A stretch of DNA of 64,000 bases from Alphaproteobacteria bacterium (GCA_965227515.1 CBDDFZ010000002.1:768001-832000), one strand, 5' to 3'. Shown: positions 20,010 through 35,350, counted from the stretch's first letter. The notes: generated from the letters alone by a model not told the origin. Made by a program: numbers and translations.

Positions 20010-21206
20010 ATGATGCCCGATGCTGCCAGCCTGACCGGCAACTGGAACTTTCCCACCACCGTGCTGTTCGGCCCGGGGCGCATCGCCAAGCTGGCGGCGG
20101 CGTGCCGCAATGCCGGCATCGCCCGCCCGCTGCTGGTCACCGATCCGGGTCTCGCCGGCCTGCCGATGATCGCCGACGCGGTCGCGGCCAACGAGGCCGA
20201 GGGCATCCCCACCGCCGTCTTCTCCGACGTGCGCGGCAACCCGGTCGGCGCCAATGTCGATGCCGGTGTTGCGGTGCTGCGCGCGGGCGGCCATGACGGC
20301 GTCATCGCCTGGGGCGGCGGCAGCGCGCTCGACACCGGTAAGGCGATCGCGCTGATGGCCGGCCAGACGAACGTGATCTGGGACTTCGAGGATGTCGGCG
20401 ACAACTGGAAGCGGGTGAACCCGGACGGCGTGCTGCCGGTGATCGCGGTGCCAACGACCGCCGGCACCGGGTCGGAGACCGGCCGCGCCTCGGTCATCAC
20501 CGACGAGGAGACCCACCGCAAGGTGATCATCTTCCACCCGAAGATGATGCCGGTGTGCGTGATCTCCGACCCCGAACTGTCGGTCGGCCTGCCGCCCCGG
20601 CTGACCGCCGGCACCGGCATGGACGCGCTCGCCCACAATCTGGAGGCCTATTGCGCGCCGGGCATGCAGCCGCTGTGCGACGGCATCGCGGCGGAGGGCG
20701 TGCGCCTGGTCCACGACTGGCTGCCGACGGCGGTGGCGGACGGCACGAACATCGCCGCGCGCGCCTACATGCTGGCCGCCGCCTCCATGGGCTCCACCGC
20801 GTTCCAGAAGGGGCTGGGCGCGATCCACTCGCTCTCGCATCCTTGCGGCGCCCTGTTCGACACCCACCACGGCATGACCAACGCGGTCGTCATGCCCTAT
20901 GTGCTGGCGTTCAACCGCCCGGCGATCGAGGACCGGGTGGAGCGCTTGGCACGCTATATCGGGCTCGGCGACACCACGTTCCAGGGCTTCGTCAACTGGG
21001 TGGTGGCGCTGCGCGCTGAGATCGGCGTGCCGCACACTCTGGGCGAGCTCGGGGTGGACGAGTCCGCCCTCGACCGGATGGCGGCGATGGCGGCGGTCGA
21101 CCCGCCGGCGGCGACCAACCCGCGCCCGGTGGGGCTGGCCGAGCATGCCCACCTCTACCGCGCCGCCTTCAGCGGCGATGTCGCCGCTGCGGTGTATCGG
21201 GACTGA
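20010..21206 (+). CDS. Iron-containing alcohol dehydrogenase
   Basis: GGGSALDTGK, PTTAGTGSE, GMDALAHNLE, GAIHSLSH, HHG. Confidence 0.93.
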   Translation: MMPDAASLTGNWNFPTTVLFGPGRIAKLAAACRNAGIARPLLVTDPGLAGLPMIADAVAANEAEGIPTAVFSDVRGNPVGANVDAGVAVLRAGGHDGVIAWGGGSALDTGKAIALMAGQTNVIWDFEDVGDNWKRVNPDGVLPVIAVPTTAGTGSETGRASVITDEETHRKVIIFHPKMMPVCVISDPELSVGLPPRLTAGTGMDALAHNLEAYCAPGMQPLCDGIAAEGVRLVHDWLPTAVADGTNIAARAYMLAAASMGSTAFQKGLGAIHSLSHPCGALFDTHHGMTNAVVMPYVLAFNRPAIEDRVERLARYIGLGDTTFQGFVNWVVALRAEIGVPHTLGELGVDESALDRMAAMAAVDPPAATNPRPVGLAEHAHLYRAAFSGDVAAAVYRD

Positions 21207-21238
21207 CGCTGCGACTACGGAATTGCCTCGCTATTTTC

Positions 21239-21342
21239 CGTCATTGCGAGGAGCGCCAAGTTTGGCGCGACGCGGCAATCCAGGGCAACGCCGGCAACTG
21301 CGCCTAAATCGCCTGGATTGCTTCGCTGCGCTCGCAATGACG
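21239..21342. repeat. CGTC-tagged palindromic element, family B
   Basis: CGTCATTGCGAGGAGCG...GGCAATCCAGG...CCTGGATTGCTTCGC...CTCGCAATGACG. Confidence 0.88.
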
Positions 21343-21454
21343 GCAAGAATTTTGACTTAGTGGGGCACATGGCATCCAGCCATTCCGCCGTCGTGTCATT
21401 CGGGCTATTCTGCGGGCATGGGGGAAACGCAAAAAGGAACGTGCCGTTGATGCG

Positions 21455-22651
21455 GTGGCGGACATGACGGCGCGGGCCAGCAAGCTCGTCTTCTGTTCCG
21501 AGGACGCGCGGCGTGTCGCCCGCCGGCGCCTGCCGCGCATGGTGTTCGACTACATCGAGGGGGCGGCCGGGCGCGAGCTTGGCGCCGCCCGCAATCTGTC
21601 GGCCCTCGACCAGATCGAGTTGCAGCCGCGGGTGATGGAGCGGGTCGCCAAGCGCAGCCTCAAGACCTCATTCCTCGGTCACGACTACGCATGGCCGTTC
21701 GGCATCGCGCCGATGGGCATGTGCAATCTGGTGCGGCCAGGCACCGACCGGCTGTTCGCAGACGCGGCGCGCGCATATGGGTTCCCGACCTGCCTGTCGA
21801 CCGCCGGCACCAGCTCGCTGGAGGACATGCGCGGCTGGGCCGCCGAGCAGGCGTGGTTCCAGCTCTACGTCACCGGCAGCGAGGAGAGCGCATTCTCGCT
21901 GGTCGACAGGGCGGCGAACGCCGGCTACGAGACGCTGCTGCTGACCGTCGACGTGCCGCAGCTCTCCCGCCGTGTCCGCGATATCCGCAATGGGCTCAAG
22001 ATCCCGTTCCGCCCCGGCCCGCGCCAGATCTGGGACCTGGTCACCCACCCGGCGTGGTCGCTGCGCACCGCGATGGCTGGCGCGCCGAAGCTGCGGAACT
22101 TCGAAGGCGGCCGCAACCCGGAGAACTACAACCGCGAGCAGACTCGTGACGGCGCCAACTGGGCGTTCCTCGACCGGCTGCGCGCGCGTTGGCGCGGCAA
22201 GCTGGTGGTCAAGGGCGTCATGTCGGCGGGGGAGGCGGTGCGAATCCGCGATGCCGGCGTCGATGCGGTCTACGTCTCCAACCACGGCGCGCGGCAGCTC
22301 GACGCCACGCCGGCGGCGATCTCGGTGCTGCCGAAGGTGCGCGCGGCGGTGGGGCCCGACTATCCGCTGATCTTCGACAGTGGGCTTCGCGGTGGCGAGG
22401 ACATCGCCAAGGCGCTGGCGCTGGGCGCGGACTTCGTGATGTTCGGGCGCCCGATGCTGTGGGCGGTGGGCGCCGACGGCGAGGCTGGCCTGCACGCGCT
22501 GCTGAAGAGCCTGGCGGAGGAACTGGACATCGCGCTCGCCCAGCTCGGCCTGACGTCGCCGGATCAGTTGTCGCCGGACGTGCTGGTCAATGGCGATGGA
22601 GCGGTGGACGCCACGGCAGAACCGCCGTCGCTGGTGTTGGCGTCGGCATGA
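21455..22651 (+). CDS. FMN-dependent alpha-hydroxy acid dehydrogenase (LldD/mandelate dehydrogenase family)
   Basis: [42 protein letters not shown]. Start could be 21464. Confidence 0.93.
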   Translation: MADMTARASKLVFCSEDARRVARRRLPRMVFDYIEGAAGRELGAARNLSALDQIELQPRVMERVAKRSLKTSFLGHDYAWPFGIAPMGMCNLVRPGTDRLFADAARAYGFPTCLSTAGTSSLEDMRGWAAEQAWFQLYVTGSEESAFSLVDRAANAGYETLLLTVDVPQLSRRVRDIRNGLKIPFRPGPRQIWDLVTHPAWSLRTAMAGAPKLRNFEGGRNPENYNREQTRDGANWAFLDRLRARWRGKLVVKGVMSAGEAVRIRDAGVDAVYVSNHGARQLDATPAAISVLPKVRAAVGPDYPLIFDSGLRGGEDIAKALALGADFVMFGRPMLWAVGADGEAGLHALLKSLAEELDIALAQLGLTSPDQLSPDVLVNGDGAVDATAEPPSLVLASA

Positions 22652-23921
22652 GCGCGGGCGCGGCCACAATCCAGGACGTGCGCGCGACCACGGTGGCGAT
22701 GCCGCTGGAGGCGCCGCTCAGGCACGCCAACGGCGCCCACTGGGGCCGCTTCATCCGCACCATCGTCGAGCTTGAGGACAGCGAGGGCCGCATCGGCGTC
22801 GGCGAGATGGGCGGCGGCGGCGAGTCCGCGGAGGCGTCGGTACGCGCGCTCGGCGCCTATCTGAAGGGGCACGACCCGCTGCAGCTCGAGCAGTTGCGCT
22901 GGAAGCTGATGAACCCGACCGCCAGCCTCTACAACAACCGCATGCAGCTCCATGCGGCGATCGAGATGGCGTGCATGGACCTGGCCGGCAAGCGGCTCGG
23001 CATCCGCGCCTGCGACCTGCTGGGCGGCGCGCTGCGCGAGGCGGTGCCGTTCGCGAGCTACCTGTTCTACCGCTACCACGACGAGAGCGGGCGGCGCGGC
23101 GGCGAGACCATGCCGAACGAGATGGTGGCGCACGCCCGCGACCTGCGCGACCGTCATGGCTTCCGCGTCCACAAGCTGAAGGGCGGCCACTTCGCGCCCG
23201 ATCACGACATCGCGGTGATGCACGCGCTGGCGGAGGCGTTTCCCGGCGACCGGCTGCGGCTGGACCCGAACGGCGCCTGGTCGGTGGAGGAGTCGGTGCG
23301 GGTGGCGCGCGCCATCCAGCACCTGAACAACGACTATTTCGAGGACCCGACCTGGGGGCTGGAGGGCATGCGCCGGGTGCGCGAGCAGATCGCGATGCCG
23401 ACGGCGACCAACCAGGTGGTGGTGAACTTCGAGCAGCTCGCCCAGTCGATCCGCCACACGTTGGTGGATGTGGTGCTGCTGGACACCACGTTCTGGGGCG
23501 GCCTGCGCCAGGCCTACAAGGCCGGCACGGTGCTGGAGACGTTCCAGTTCTCCGCCGCGGTGCATTCCTCCGGCGAGCTTGGCGTACAGCTCGCCTCGAT
23601 GCTGCATCTCGGCGCAGCACTGCCCAATTTGAACTTCGCCGCCGACGCCCATTATCACCACCTGACCGACGACATCATCGTCGGCGGCAAGATGGCGTAC
23701 CACGACGGCGCCATCGCGGTGCCGACCGCGCCCGGCCTGGGCGTCGAAATCGACCGCGACAAGCTGGCCGAATATGCCGAGGTCTTCAGGTCCATGGGTG
23801 GCTATGCCTACGACCGCGACCCGGGGCGGCCGGGCTGGTACGCGGTCTGGCCCGAAACCCGCTACGCCGACCCGGCGGTGAAGGATGCGCCGGCGGTCTA
23901 CGAGCGAGACAGCGGCGACTG

Positions 23922-23922
<1 letters not shown>
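22648..23922 (+). CDS. Enolase-superfamily acid-sugar dehydratase (glucarate dehydratase-related)
   Basis: [27 protein letters not shown] metal ligands (D,E,N), VHSSGE, ADAHYHH. Confidence 0.85.
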
Positions 23923-25025
<1,103 letters not shown>

Positions 25026-25054
25026 ACGCCGCAGCACAAAAGGAGGAAACGACA

Positions 25055-26293
25055 ATGCGAACGAAGCCGCTGTTGGGCGCCGCCATCGCCGGCGCGCTGG
25101 TGCTGGGAAGCGGGGTCGCCGCCGCCGATGACGTCGAGCTGTTCCACGACAAGGGCTTCTGGTCCGATGCGTTGCAGCAGGTGGGCGATCAGGCGGCCGA
25201 GGACATCGGCATCCGCATCATTTCCACCGCCTATTCCGCGCCGGAGCAGTACAAGGCGTTCCTGCAGTCGTCGGTGGCCAGCGGCGACATGCCGGACATG
25301 TTCACCTGGTGGACCGGCGGCGTGTACCGCGACCTGATCGAAAGCGGCGAAGTGGCCGAGCTGGACGAGATCTGGGACGAGCTGGTCGCCAGCGGCGACT
25401 TCTCCCAGAGCACGCGCGACTTCTACACGGTCGACGGCCATGCCTATGGCGTGCCGCTGCACCTGTCGCGCTGGATCGCGCTCTACAATGTCGAGCACTT
25501 CAAGGAAGTCGGCGTCGGCGAGCCGCAGACCTGGGAAGAGCTGCTGGACGTGGCCGAGAAGCTGCAAGCCGCCGGCCATACGCCGTTCGTCGCCACCACC
25601 CAGGACGGCTGGCGCGGCTTCATCTGGTTCCAGGAGCTGATGATCCGCACCGACCCGGTCGCCTATATGGGCCTGCACGACGGCAGCACGCCCTATGACG
25701 GCGATGCGGTGCGCAACGCGTTCCAGATCTGGTCCGACTGGTACGCCAAGGGCTGGTTCACCGACCCGCGCTCCAATGAGGAGGCGCCGGACTTCGTGCG
25801 CGGCGACGGCTCGATCTACCTGATCGGCGACTGGTCGGTCGGCATCATCGAGGGCCTGGGCATGGTGCCGGGCGAGGACTTCTCCGCGTTCATCATGCCG
25901 AATATGGACCCCAACCTGCCGCACGCCGCAATCCTGGAGGGCGGGCCGATCATGATGTCGCGTAGCGGCATCGAGAACCCGGACGCTGTGGCAGCGCTGA
26001 AGTACTTCGTCTCGGTCGCGGGCGCCAACGCCTGGGCGGATGCGTCGGGCAACGCGCTGGGCAACCAGAATGCCGAGCCGCCGAACGTCGTGGTCGCCAA
26101 GATCAACGACGATGTCGCCACCCATGGCACCATCGCCATCGAGCGCTGGTGGGAGGCGGTGCCGGCCGACCTGCAGGGCGAGCTGGTGGCGGAGTTCAAC
26201 CGCTTCATGCTGGACCCGACCATGGAGACGGCCGAGGACGTGATGGCCAATATCCAGGCCCTGAACGCGGAGTACTGGGAGGACCAGGAGTAG
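25055..26293 (+). CDS. Carbohydrate ABC transporter substrate-binding protein
   Basis: AGGAGG RBS, signal peptide, MPDMFTWW, YGVPL, PQTWEELL. Confidence 0.92.
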   Translation: MRTKPLLGAAIAGALVLGSGVAAADDVELFHDKGFWSDALQQVGDQAAEDIGIRIISTAYSAPEQYKAFLQSSVASGDMPDMFTWWTGGVYRDLIESGEVAELDEIWDELVASGDFSQSTRDFYTVDGHAYGVPLHLSRWIALYNVEHFKEVGVGEPQTWEELLDVAEKLQAAGHTPFVATTQDGWRGFIWFQELMIRTDPVAYMGLHDGSTPYDGDAVRNAFQIWSDWYAKGWFTDPRSNEEAPDFVRGDGSIYLIGDWSVGIIEGLGMVPGEDFSAFIMPNMDPNLPHAAILEGGPIMMSRSGIENPDAVAALKYFVSVAGANAWADASGNALGNQNAEPPNVVVAKINDDVATHGTIAIERWWEAVPADLQGELVAEFNRFMLDPTMETAEDVMANIQALNAEYWEDQE

Positions 26294-26316
26294 GGTTGGG
26301 GCTTTCCACACACACC

Positions 26317-26403
26317 CGTCATGGTCGGGCTTGTCCCGACCATCCACGACTTTGCATCGGTTGAAGAAAGACGTGGATACCCGCAACAAGTGCGGGCATG
26401 ACG
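26317..26403. repeat. CGTC-tagged palindromic element, family A
   Basis: CGTCATGGTCGGGCTTGTCCCGACCATCCACG...CGTGGATACCCGCAACAAGTGCGGGCATGACG. Confidence 0.9.
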
Positions 26404-26427
26404 AGGTAGGTGTGGTGGGAGACACCT

Positions 26428-27393
26428 ATGCCCCACCATAAGCCCAGCATCTCCGAAGAGGACCGCGCGCTGTTGGCGCGGATCGGCTGGCCGAAAACCG
26501 GCGCCGACGACCGCCACCGCGCGCGGATGAGCTTCTGGACCGCGCTGGCGTTCATGGCGCCGGCGATCGGTTTCGTCGGCCTGTTCCTGCTACTGCCGGT
26601 GCTGGGCAACGTCTATCTCAGCCTGACCGGCTGGAAGAAGTTCAAGGGGCTGGACGAGTTCGTCGGTTTCGAAAACTACGAGGACCTGGGCACCAGCCCG
26701 TTCTTTGCCGACGCGCTCTACAACACCGGCATCTGGGTCGGCGCCTCGATCACCATTCCGCTGATCCTGGGCCTGGGGCTGGCCATGCTGCTGCGCGGGG
26801 TGCCGTTCGAGGGCCTGTTCAAGAACATCATCTTCATCCCGCGCATCCTGGCGCCCACCGCCGTCGGCGTGCTGTGGTTCTACGTCTACACGCCAGACGG
26901 CATCGTCAATCGCTTCATCGGGCTGTTCGCCGGCGAGGAGACCGATATCGGCTGGCTCTACCAGGAGGAGACGGTGACCCCGGCCATCGTCGCCACCTTC
27001 GTGTGGCAGACGGTGGGCCTGGTCATGGTGCTGATCCTGCTAGGCTTGAGCGCGATCCCGAAAGACCCGATCGAGGCGGCGCGGCTGGACGGGGCGACCC
27101 GCGGCCAGGTATTCCGCCACATCGTGTTCCCGCTGCTGCTGCCGACGTTGCTGGTGGTGACCATCCTGTCGGTGCTGGCCGGATTCACTGTCTTTGACCT
27201 GTTGTGGGTGATGGGGGCGGCCTATCCCGGCCAGCGCACCCTGTCGCTGGCGGTCTATATGTACTTCGAGGCGTTCCAGAAGAGCTCCTGGGCCTATGGG
27301 TCGGCCATCGCGGTGGTCATCGGCCTGGTGGTGCTGAGCGTCACCTGGGTGCAGGCCGCGCTGCAGCACCGCGTCGACCGGATGATCAGGTAG
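26428..27393 (+). CDS. Carbohydrate ABC transporter permease (MalF/UgpA type)
   Basis: FVGFENY, EAARLDGA (EAA motif), 6 TM segments. Confidence 0.93.
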   Translation: MPHHKPSISEEDRALLARIGWPKTGADDRHRARMSFWTALAFMAPAIGFVGLFLLLPVLGNVYLSLTGWKKFKGLDEFVGFENYEDLGTSPFFADALYNTGIWVGASITIPLILGLGLAMLLRGVPFEGLFKNIIFIPRILAPTAVGVLWFYVYTPDGIVNRFIGLFAGEETDIGWLYQEETVTPAIVATFVWQTVGLVMVLILLGLSAIPKDPIEAARLDGATRGQVFRHIVFPLLLPTLLVVTILSVLAGFTVFDLLWVMGAAYPGQRTLSLAVYMYFEAFQKSSWAYGSAIAVVIGLVVLSVTWVQAALQHRVDRMIR

Positions 27394-27402
27394 GGGCGGG
27401 CG

Positions 27403-28284
27403 ATGGCGGTCAACCTCGACCAGATCGACTTCGCGGCTATCCAGGCGCGCGAGCGCCGGCGCCAGGGCCGGGGCAAGATGGCGCTGATCGCCGCCATCCT
27501 GATCAGCGCGATCTGGGTGGTGCCGTTCTATTACGTGATCACCTCGGTGTTCAAATCGACCGAGGAGTATTCGCTGAACCACCCGCTGTCGCTGCCCGAC
27601 GGCGTGGCGCCCGTGGTCGACAACGCGGTGACCGCCTGGACCCAGGCCAAGATGGGCATCGGCATGCTCAACTCGGCCATCTACGGGTTGGTGGGCGCGG
27701 GAGCGGCGGTGTTCATCGCGGCGCTGGCCGCCTATGGGCTGACCCGGTTCGAGTTCAAGCGCAAGAACCTGTGGTTCATGCTGATCTTCTCCGGCACCGT
27801 GTTCCCGCTGCAGATGTACCTGATCCCGCTGTTCTTCATGTACCAGCAGATCGGCATCCTGAACACGCACGCGGGCATGATGCTGTTCTACACCGCGATC
27901 TGCATCCCGTTCCCGGTGCTGGTGCTCCGGAACTACATGAACGGCATCTCGCGCGAGATCGACGAGGCCGCGCGCATGGACGGCGCGCGCGAGATCACCG
28001 TGTTCCTGCGCATCGTGCTGCCGAATTGCTGGGGGCCGATGACGGCGACGTTCCTGCTGCAGTTCACCTGGATCTGGAACGACCTGTTGTTCTCCATCGT
28101 GCTCGCCAACCGGACCGAGGTCCGCACGATCATGAACGCGCTGCAGGTGTTCCAGGGCAGCTACTCGTCAGTGGCGCCGAACGTGGTGATGACGGCGGCG
28201 GTGATGGCCAGCGTGCCGTCGCTGCTGCTGTTCTTCGTGCTGCGCAAGTACTTCATGGAGGGCATGCGCGTCTCCAGCGCGTAG
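27403..28284 (+). CDS. Carbohydrate ABC transporter permease (MalG type)
   Basis: IDEAARMDGA, WIWNDLL, KYFMEG. Confidence 0.93.
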   Translation: MAVNLDQIDFAAIQARERRRQGRGKMALIAAILISAIWVVPFYYVITSVFKSTEEYSLNHPLSLPDGVAPVVDNAVTAWTQAKMGIGMLNSAIYGLVGAGAAVFIAALAAYGLTRFEFKRKNLWFMLIFSGTVFPLQMYLIPLFFMYQQIGILNTHAGMMLFYTAICIPFPVLVLRNYMNGISREIDEAARMDGAREITVFLRIVLPNCWGPMTATFLLQFTWIWNDLLFSIVLANRTEVRTIMNALQVFQGSYSSVAPNVVMTAAVMASVPSLLLFFVLRKYFMEGMRVSSA

Positions 28285-28309
28285 TTCGGTTGAACCGAAG
28301 GAGCGGGCT

Positions 28310-28786
28310 ATGAGCGACGATTCCGAAGCCGGGCGCAAATTCGCGGCGCAATTCAACAACGCGGTGTGGAACCTGCTCGGCCGGGCGGACCGCAGCGCGG
28401 CGGATGACGAGCGCATGGTGCATGCGGCCCATGCCTCGCACATGCACTGGCTCGATGCCGGCGACGCCGCGAACCACCAGCGCGGGCTGTGGCTGATCGC
28501 ACGGGTCTATGCCGAACTGGGCAATGCCCAGGAGGCCGCCCGCTATGCGGACCTGTGCCGGGGGCTGACCGACCGCGCCGCCGACCGGTTGCAGCCGTTC
28601 GACCTGGTCTATTGTCAGGAGGCGGAGGCGCGTGCCGCGGCGGTGTCCGGCAACGCGGCGGACGCGCAGCGCCTGAAAGAGAAGGCGCTCGCCGCCGCTG
28701 CCGACCTGGCGGACCAGCAGACCCGCGACATGGTGGTCGGCGACATCAACGCCGGCAATTGGGGCGTGCTCGACGGCGGCGCATGA
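28310..28786 (+). CDS. Hypothetical alpha-helical (TPR-like) protein
   Basis: AAGGAG RBS; FNNAVWNLL...AAHASHMHW...RGLWLIARVYA. Confidence 0.75.
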   Translation: MSDDSEAGRKFAAQFNNAVWNLLGRADRSAADDERMVHAAHASHMHWLDAGDAANHQRGLWLIARVYAELGNAQEAARYADLCRGLTDRAADRLQPFDLVYCQEAEARAAAVSGNAADAQRLKEKALAAAADLADQQTRDMVVGDINAGNWGVLDGGA

Positions 28787-28810
28787 AACGCCGGTCCTTC
28801 GAAAAGCGGC

Positions 28811-29284
28811 TCAGAGGTACTCGACCTTGATGATCTCGTAGGAGCGCCCGCCGTTCGGCGTGTTCACCTCCACCGAGTCGCCAAGCTGGCGGCCGATGAT
28901 GGCGCGCGCGATGGGGGAGGTGACCGAGACCCGGCCGTCCTTGATGTCGGACTCATGCGCGCCGACGATCTGATACGTCGACTCGTCCTCGGTTTCCTCG
29001 TCGACCAGCGAGACGGTGGCGCCAAATCGCACAACGTCGCCCGAGAGCTTGCGGGGGTCGATCACTTCGGCATGGCTGACCACGCTCTCAAGCTCGGCGA
29101 CCCGGCCCTCGATGAAGCTCTGCCGCTCGCGCGCCGCGTGGTACTCGGCATTCTCCGAGAGGTCGCCATGCTCGCGCGCTTCCGCGATGGCCGTGATGAC
29201 GGCCGGACGTTCGATTTCCTTCAACGTGCGCAGTTCTTCCACCAGTTGCTGGTAGCCGCGCTCGGTCATTGGGATTCGTTCCAT
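28811..29284 (-). CDS. greA: Transcription elongation factor GreA
   Basis: AREHGDLSENAEYHAARE, SPIARA. Confidence 0.97.
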   Translation of the reverse strand: MERIPMTERGYQQLVEELRTLKEIERPAVITAIAEAREHGDLSENAEYHAARERQSFIEGRVAELESVVSHAEVIDPRKLSGDVVRFGATVSLVDEETEDESTYQIVGAHESDIKDGRVSVTSPIARAIIGRQLGDSVEVNTPNGGRSYEIIKVEYL

Positions 29285-29488
29285 GCCAAATGGCCCTGTC
29301 TTCACACAATTGAAGATCGTAACCGCCGGCAAGTGCACCGGCGACGCACGATCCGCTCGTTCCCTATGGGCAAGAGAGGCAGCCCAGACAACATGCCGGC
29401 GCCGTCCACATCCCAGCGGCGTCGTTGAAAACAACTCGGTCTCAGTGGGTGCGATCCGGCGTGCCGGCCGACGAAAAAGCGATCATGC

Positions 29489-32785
<3,297 letters not shown>

Positions 32786-33019
32786 GGATGAACAGGGGTC
32801 CGAAACGTGAAGGCTGGCGCGCGTGGGCGGCGGCAGCAAAGCCCGCGTGATACAGGCTCGGGCGGCTACATGCCAGTGCTATATGGGCGCTGGCGGCGCG
32901 AACGTCCAATGGCGGGAGATCGGCTGGGGAAACGCCCGACGCGGACGGACCCTGCGGCCAGGGTCCGTCGCGTGGCGCTCAGGCGGCAGGCGCCGTTGGC
33001 CGGCGCCGCGAATGGCCGA

Positions 33020-33397
33020 TCAGTTGGTGGAGCAGCGATACGAAATCCGGATCTTGCCGCTGCATTCGTTCACGCCCGCCAAGCAGGCGGCGTTGGCGGT
33101 CTCCTGGGCGGCGAGGCGAATCGATTCCACCACCTGCCCGTCCTGCCAGCCCCACGACACCTGCATGGTGTGGGCGCACTGGTTGGTCAGGTTCCAGCTC
33201 CACTGGGTGAAGAAGCCGGTATCGCCCTGCACAGGCTCGGTCGGCAATTGCTGCATGGTGATGCAGCTCGCGCCATTGGGCTGGCGCAGGCTGCAGAGGA
33301 TGCGGTCCTGGCCCAGGGCGGACCCGGCCATCGCCGCGGAAACGGCCAGTGCCGCTGCGGCCACGGTGCAACGTTGCCAGGTTGAAGAGGTCGTCAT
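33020..33397 (-). CDS. Small secreted Cys-rich hypothetical protein
   Basis: GGGGAA RBS, signal peptide, six Cys in the mature region of about 97 aa. Confidence 0.65.
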   Translation of the reverse strand: MTTSSTWQRCTVAAAALAVSAAMAGSALGQDRILCSLRQPNGASCITMQQLPTEPVQGDTGFFTQWSWNLTNQCAHTMQVSWGWQDGQVVESIRLAAQETANAACLAGVNECSGKIRISYRCSTN

Positions 33398-33532
33398 GGG
33401 TTCCCCCGTTTCTCGATTGAACTGTGGTGCGGGTGCAAAGCTACCCCTCCCCGGCGCCACCGGTAGACGCTCACGCGGGCGCCCCGTCCGTATTTCAACG
33501 CATAAGTCGGCGAGATGTTACCGTGCAACGGT

Positions 33533-35350
33533 TCATTCCCCAACCACCAAGCCTTCGCGGCGCGGGTCGGCGCCGCCGATCAGGCCGTCCTCGGTGACCA
33601 TGATGGCGTGCAGGCCGCTGTTCAGGTCGCGCACGTTGACCTCGTGGCCCATCCCGACCAACGCGGCCTCCAGGTCAGCCGCCGCCGTGCCGGCTTCCAG
33701 GTCGGTGCCGCCATTGCGGTTGACGATGTGGGGCAGGGTGACGGCGGCCTGCGGGTCCATGCCCCAGTCCACCATCGCCACGACCGACTGCACGACATAG
33801 CCGATGATGCGGCTGCCACCGGGCGACCCGGTGACCGCCAGCAGGTCGCCGTCGGCGTCGAAGATCATCGTCGGCGACATCGAGCTGCGCGGCCGCTTGC
33901 CCGGCTCGACCCGGTTGGCGACCGGGCCGTCCGCGCCCTCGGGCCGGAACGAGAAGTCGGTGAGCTGGTTGTTCAACAGGATGCCGTGCACCATGACCCG
34001 CGATCCGAAGCCGCTTTCGATGGAGGTCGTCATCGACACGGCATTGCCATCGGAATCGACGATGGAAATGTGGCTGGTTGACGGCAGCTCGAAACTCTCG
34101 CCCGGCAGATAGAGCCAGCCGTGCTGCTCCGGCGGCGTGCCGGCTTCGGCCGGCCCCATGGACTTGGCCGGATCGATGAGCTGGGCGCGCGACATCAGGT
34201 AGGCCGGGTCGATCAGGCCGTCGACCGGCACGTCGACGAAGTCGGCATCGGCGACGTAGAGCCCACGGTCGGCGAACGCCAGCCGACCGGCCTCCGCCAG
34301 CAGGTGCGCGGCCTCCGCTGACAGCGGATCGAGCGAGGCCAAGTCGAAATGGTCCAGGATGCCGAGCATCTGCAGGGTCGCGATGCCGCCCGAGGTCGGC
34401 GGCGGCATGCCGCAGACGCTGAGGTCGCGGTAGGGCGCGCAGAGCACGGTGCGCTTGACCGCCTGGTAGTCGGCCATGTCGTCCAGGCTCAGCAGGCCGG
34501 GATTGTCCGGCACGTTGCGCACCGCCTGCACGATGTCGAGCGCGATGGTGCCACCATAGAACGCATCGGCGCCCTCGCTGGCGATGTCGCGCAGCAGGCC
34601 CGCGTAGAGCGGATTGGTCAGGATCTCGCCGATGGGCCGCGCCTCGCCGCGGTCGTCGTAGAAATACGCGCGCGCGGTGTTGTAGCGGCTGAGGTGCTCG
34701 TCCGCCGCCACCAGTTCATGCAAGCGCGGCGTGATCGCAAACCCCTCCGTCGCCATCGTGATCGCCGGCTCGAACAGATCGGCCCATGGCAGCTTGCCGT
34801 GATCGGCGTGGGCCATTTCCATCATGCGCAGCAGGCCAGGCACACCGACCGAGCGGCCGCCGACCACCGCGTCCCAGAACGGCAATGGCTCGCCCTCGTC
34901 GTCCAGGAACAGGGTCTCGTCGGCCTCCATCGGCGCCTTCTCGCGGCCGTCATAGGCGTCCACCTGCCCCGTCGCGGCGTCATAGGCGAGCAGGAACGCG
35001 CCGCCGCCGAGACCGGACGACTGCGGCTCAACCAGATTGAGCACCAGTTGCACCGCGATCAGCGCGTCGACCGCGCTGCCGCCCGCGGCCAGGATCTCGG
35101 CGCCGGCGCGCGAGGCGGCCGGGTTGGCGGCCGACACCATGTAGCTTTCGGCGGTCACCGGATCGCGGGTGGTGAAGCCGGTGGCACCCTCGGGCGGCGG
35201 TGCTTCCTGCGCCAATGCCACGCTGGACCAGGCCATCGCCAGCGCCGCCACACCGGCGGCCGCGGCCCGTTTCCATGGCTCGTGCGACACCACCACCGGC
35301 GGGTTCATCGCCGCCCACGTCACAGCAGTTTCTGGTGTTGTCATGGCCAT
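33533..35350 (-). CDS. ggt: Gamma-glutamyltransferase
   Basis: GGSAVDA, EPQSSGLGGG, DGREKAP, TSHISIVD nucleophile, LNNQLTDF, PGKRPRSSMSP, GADPRREG. Start is approximate. Confidence 0.95.
   Translation of the reverse strand: MAMTTPETAVTWAAMNPPVVVSHEPWKRAAAAGVAALAMAWSSVALAQEAPPPEGATGFTTRDPVTAESYMVSAANPAASRAGAEILAAGGSAVDALIAVQLVLNLVEPQSSGLGGGAFLLAYDAATGQVDAYDGREKAPMEADETLFLDDEGEPLPFWDAVVGGRSVGVPGLLRMMEMAHADHGKLPWADLFEPAITMATEGFAITPRLHELVAADEHLSRYNTARAYFYDDRGEARPIGEILTNPLYAGLLRDIASEGADAFYGGTIALDIVQAVRNVPDNPGLLSLDDMADYQAVKRTVLCAPYRDLSVCGMPPPTSGGIATLQMLGILDHFDLASLDPLSAEAAHLLAEAGRLAFADRGLYVADADFVDVPVDGLIDPAYLMSRAQLIDPAKSMGPAEAGTPPEQHGWLYLPGESFELPSTSHISIVDSDGNAVSMTTSIESGFGSRVMVHGILLNNQLTDFSFRPEGADGPVANRVEPGKRPRSSMSPTMIFDADGDLLAVTGSPGGSRIIGYVVQSVVAMVDWGMDPQAAVTLPHIVNRNGGTDLEAGTAAADLEAALVGMGHEVNVRDLNSGLHAIMVTEDGLIGGADPRREGLVVGE

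Noticed and set aside
29285-29488. Leader RNA or attenuator upstream of greA
   Set aside because: No clear terminator or recognisable structured-RNA motif by eye.
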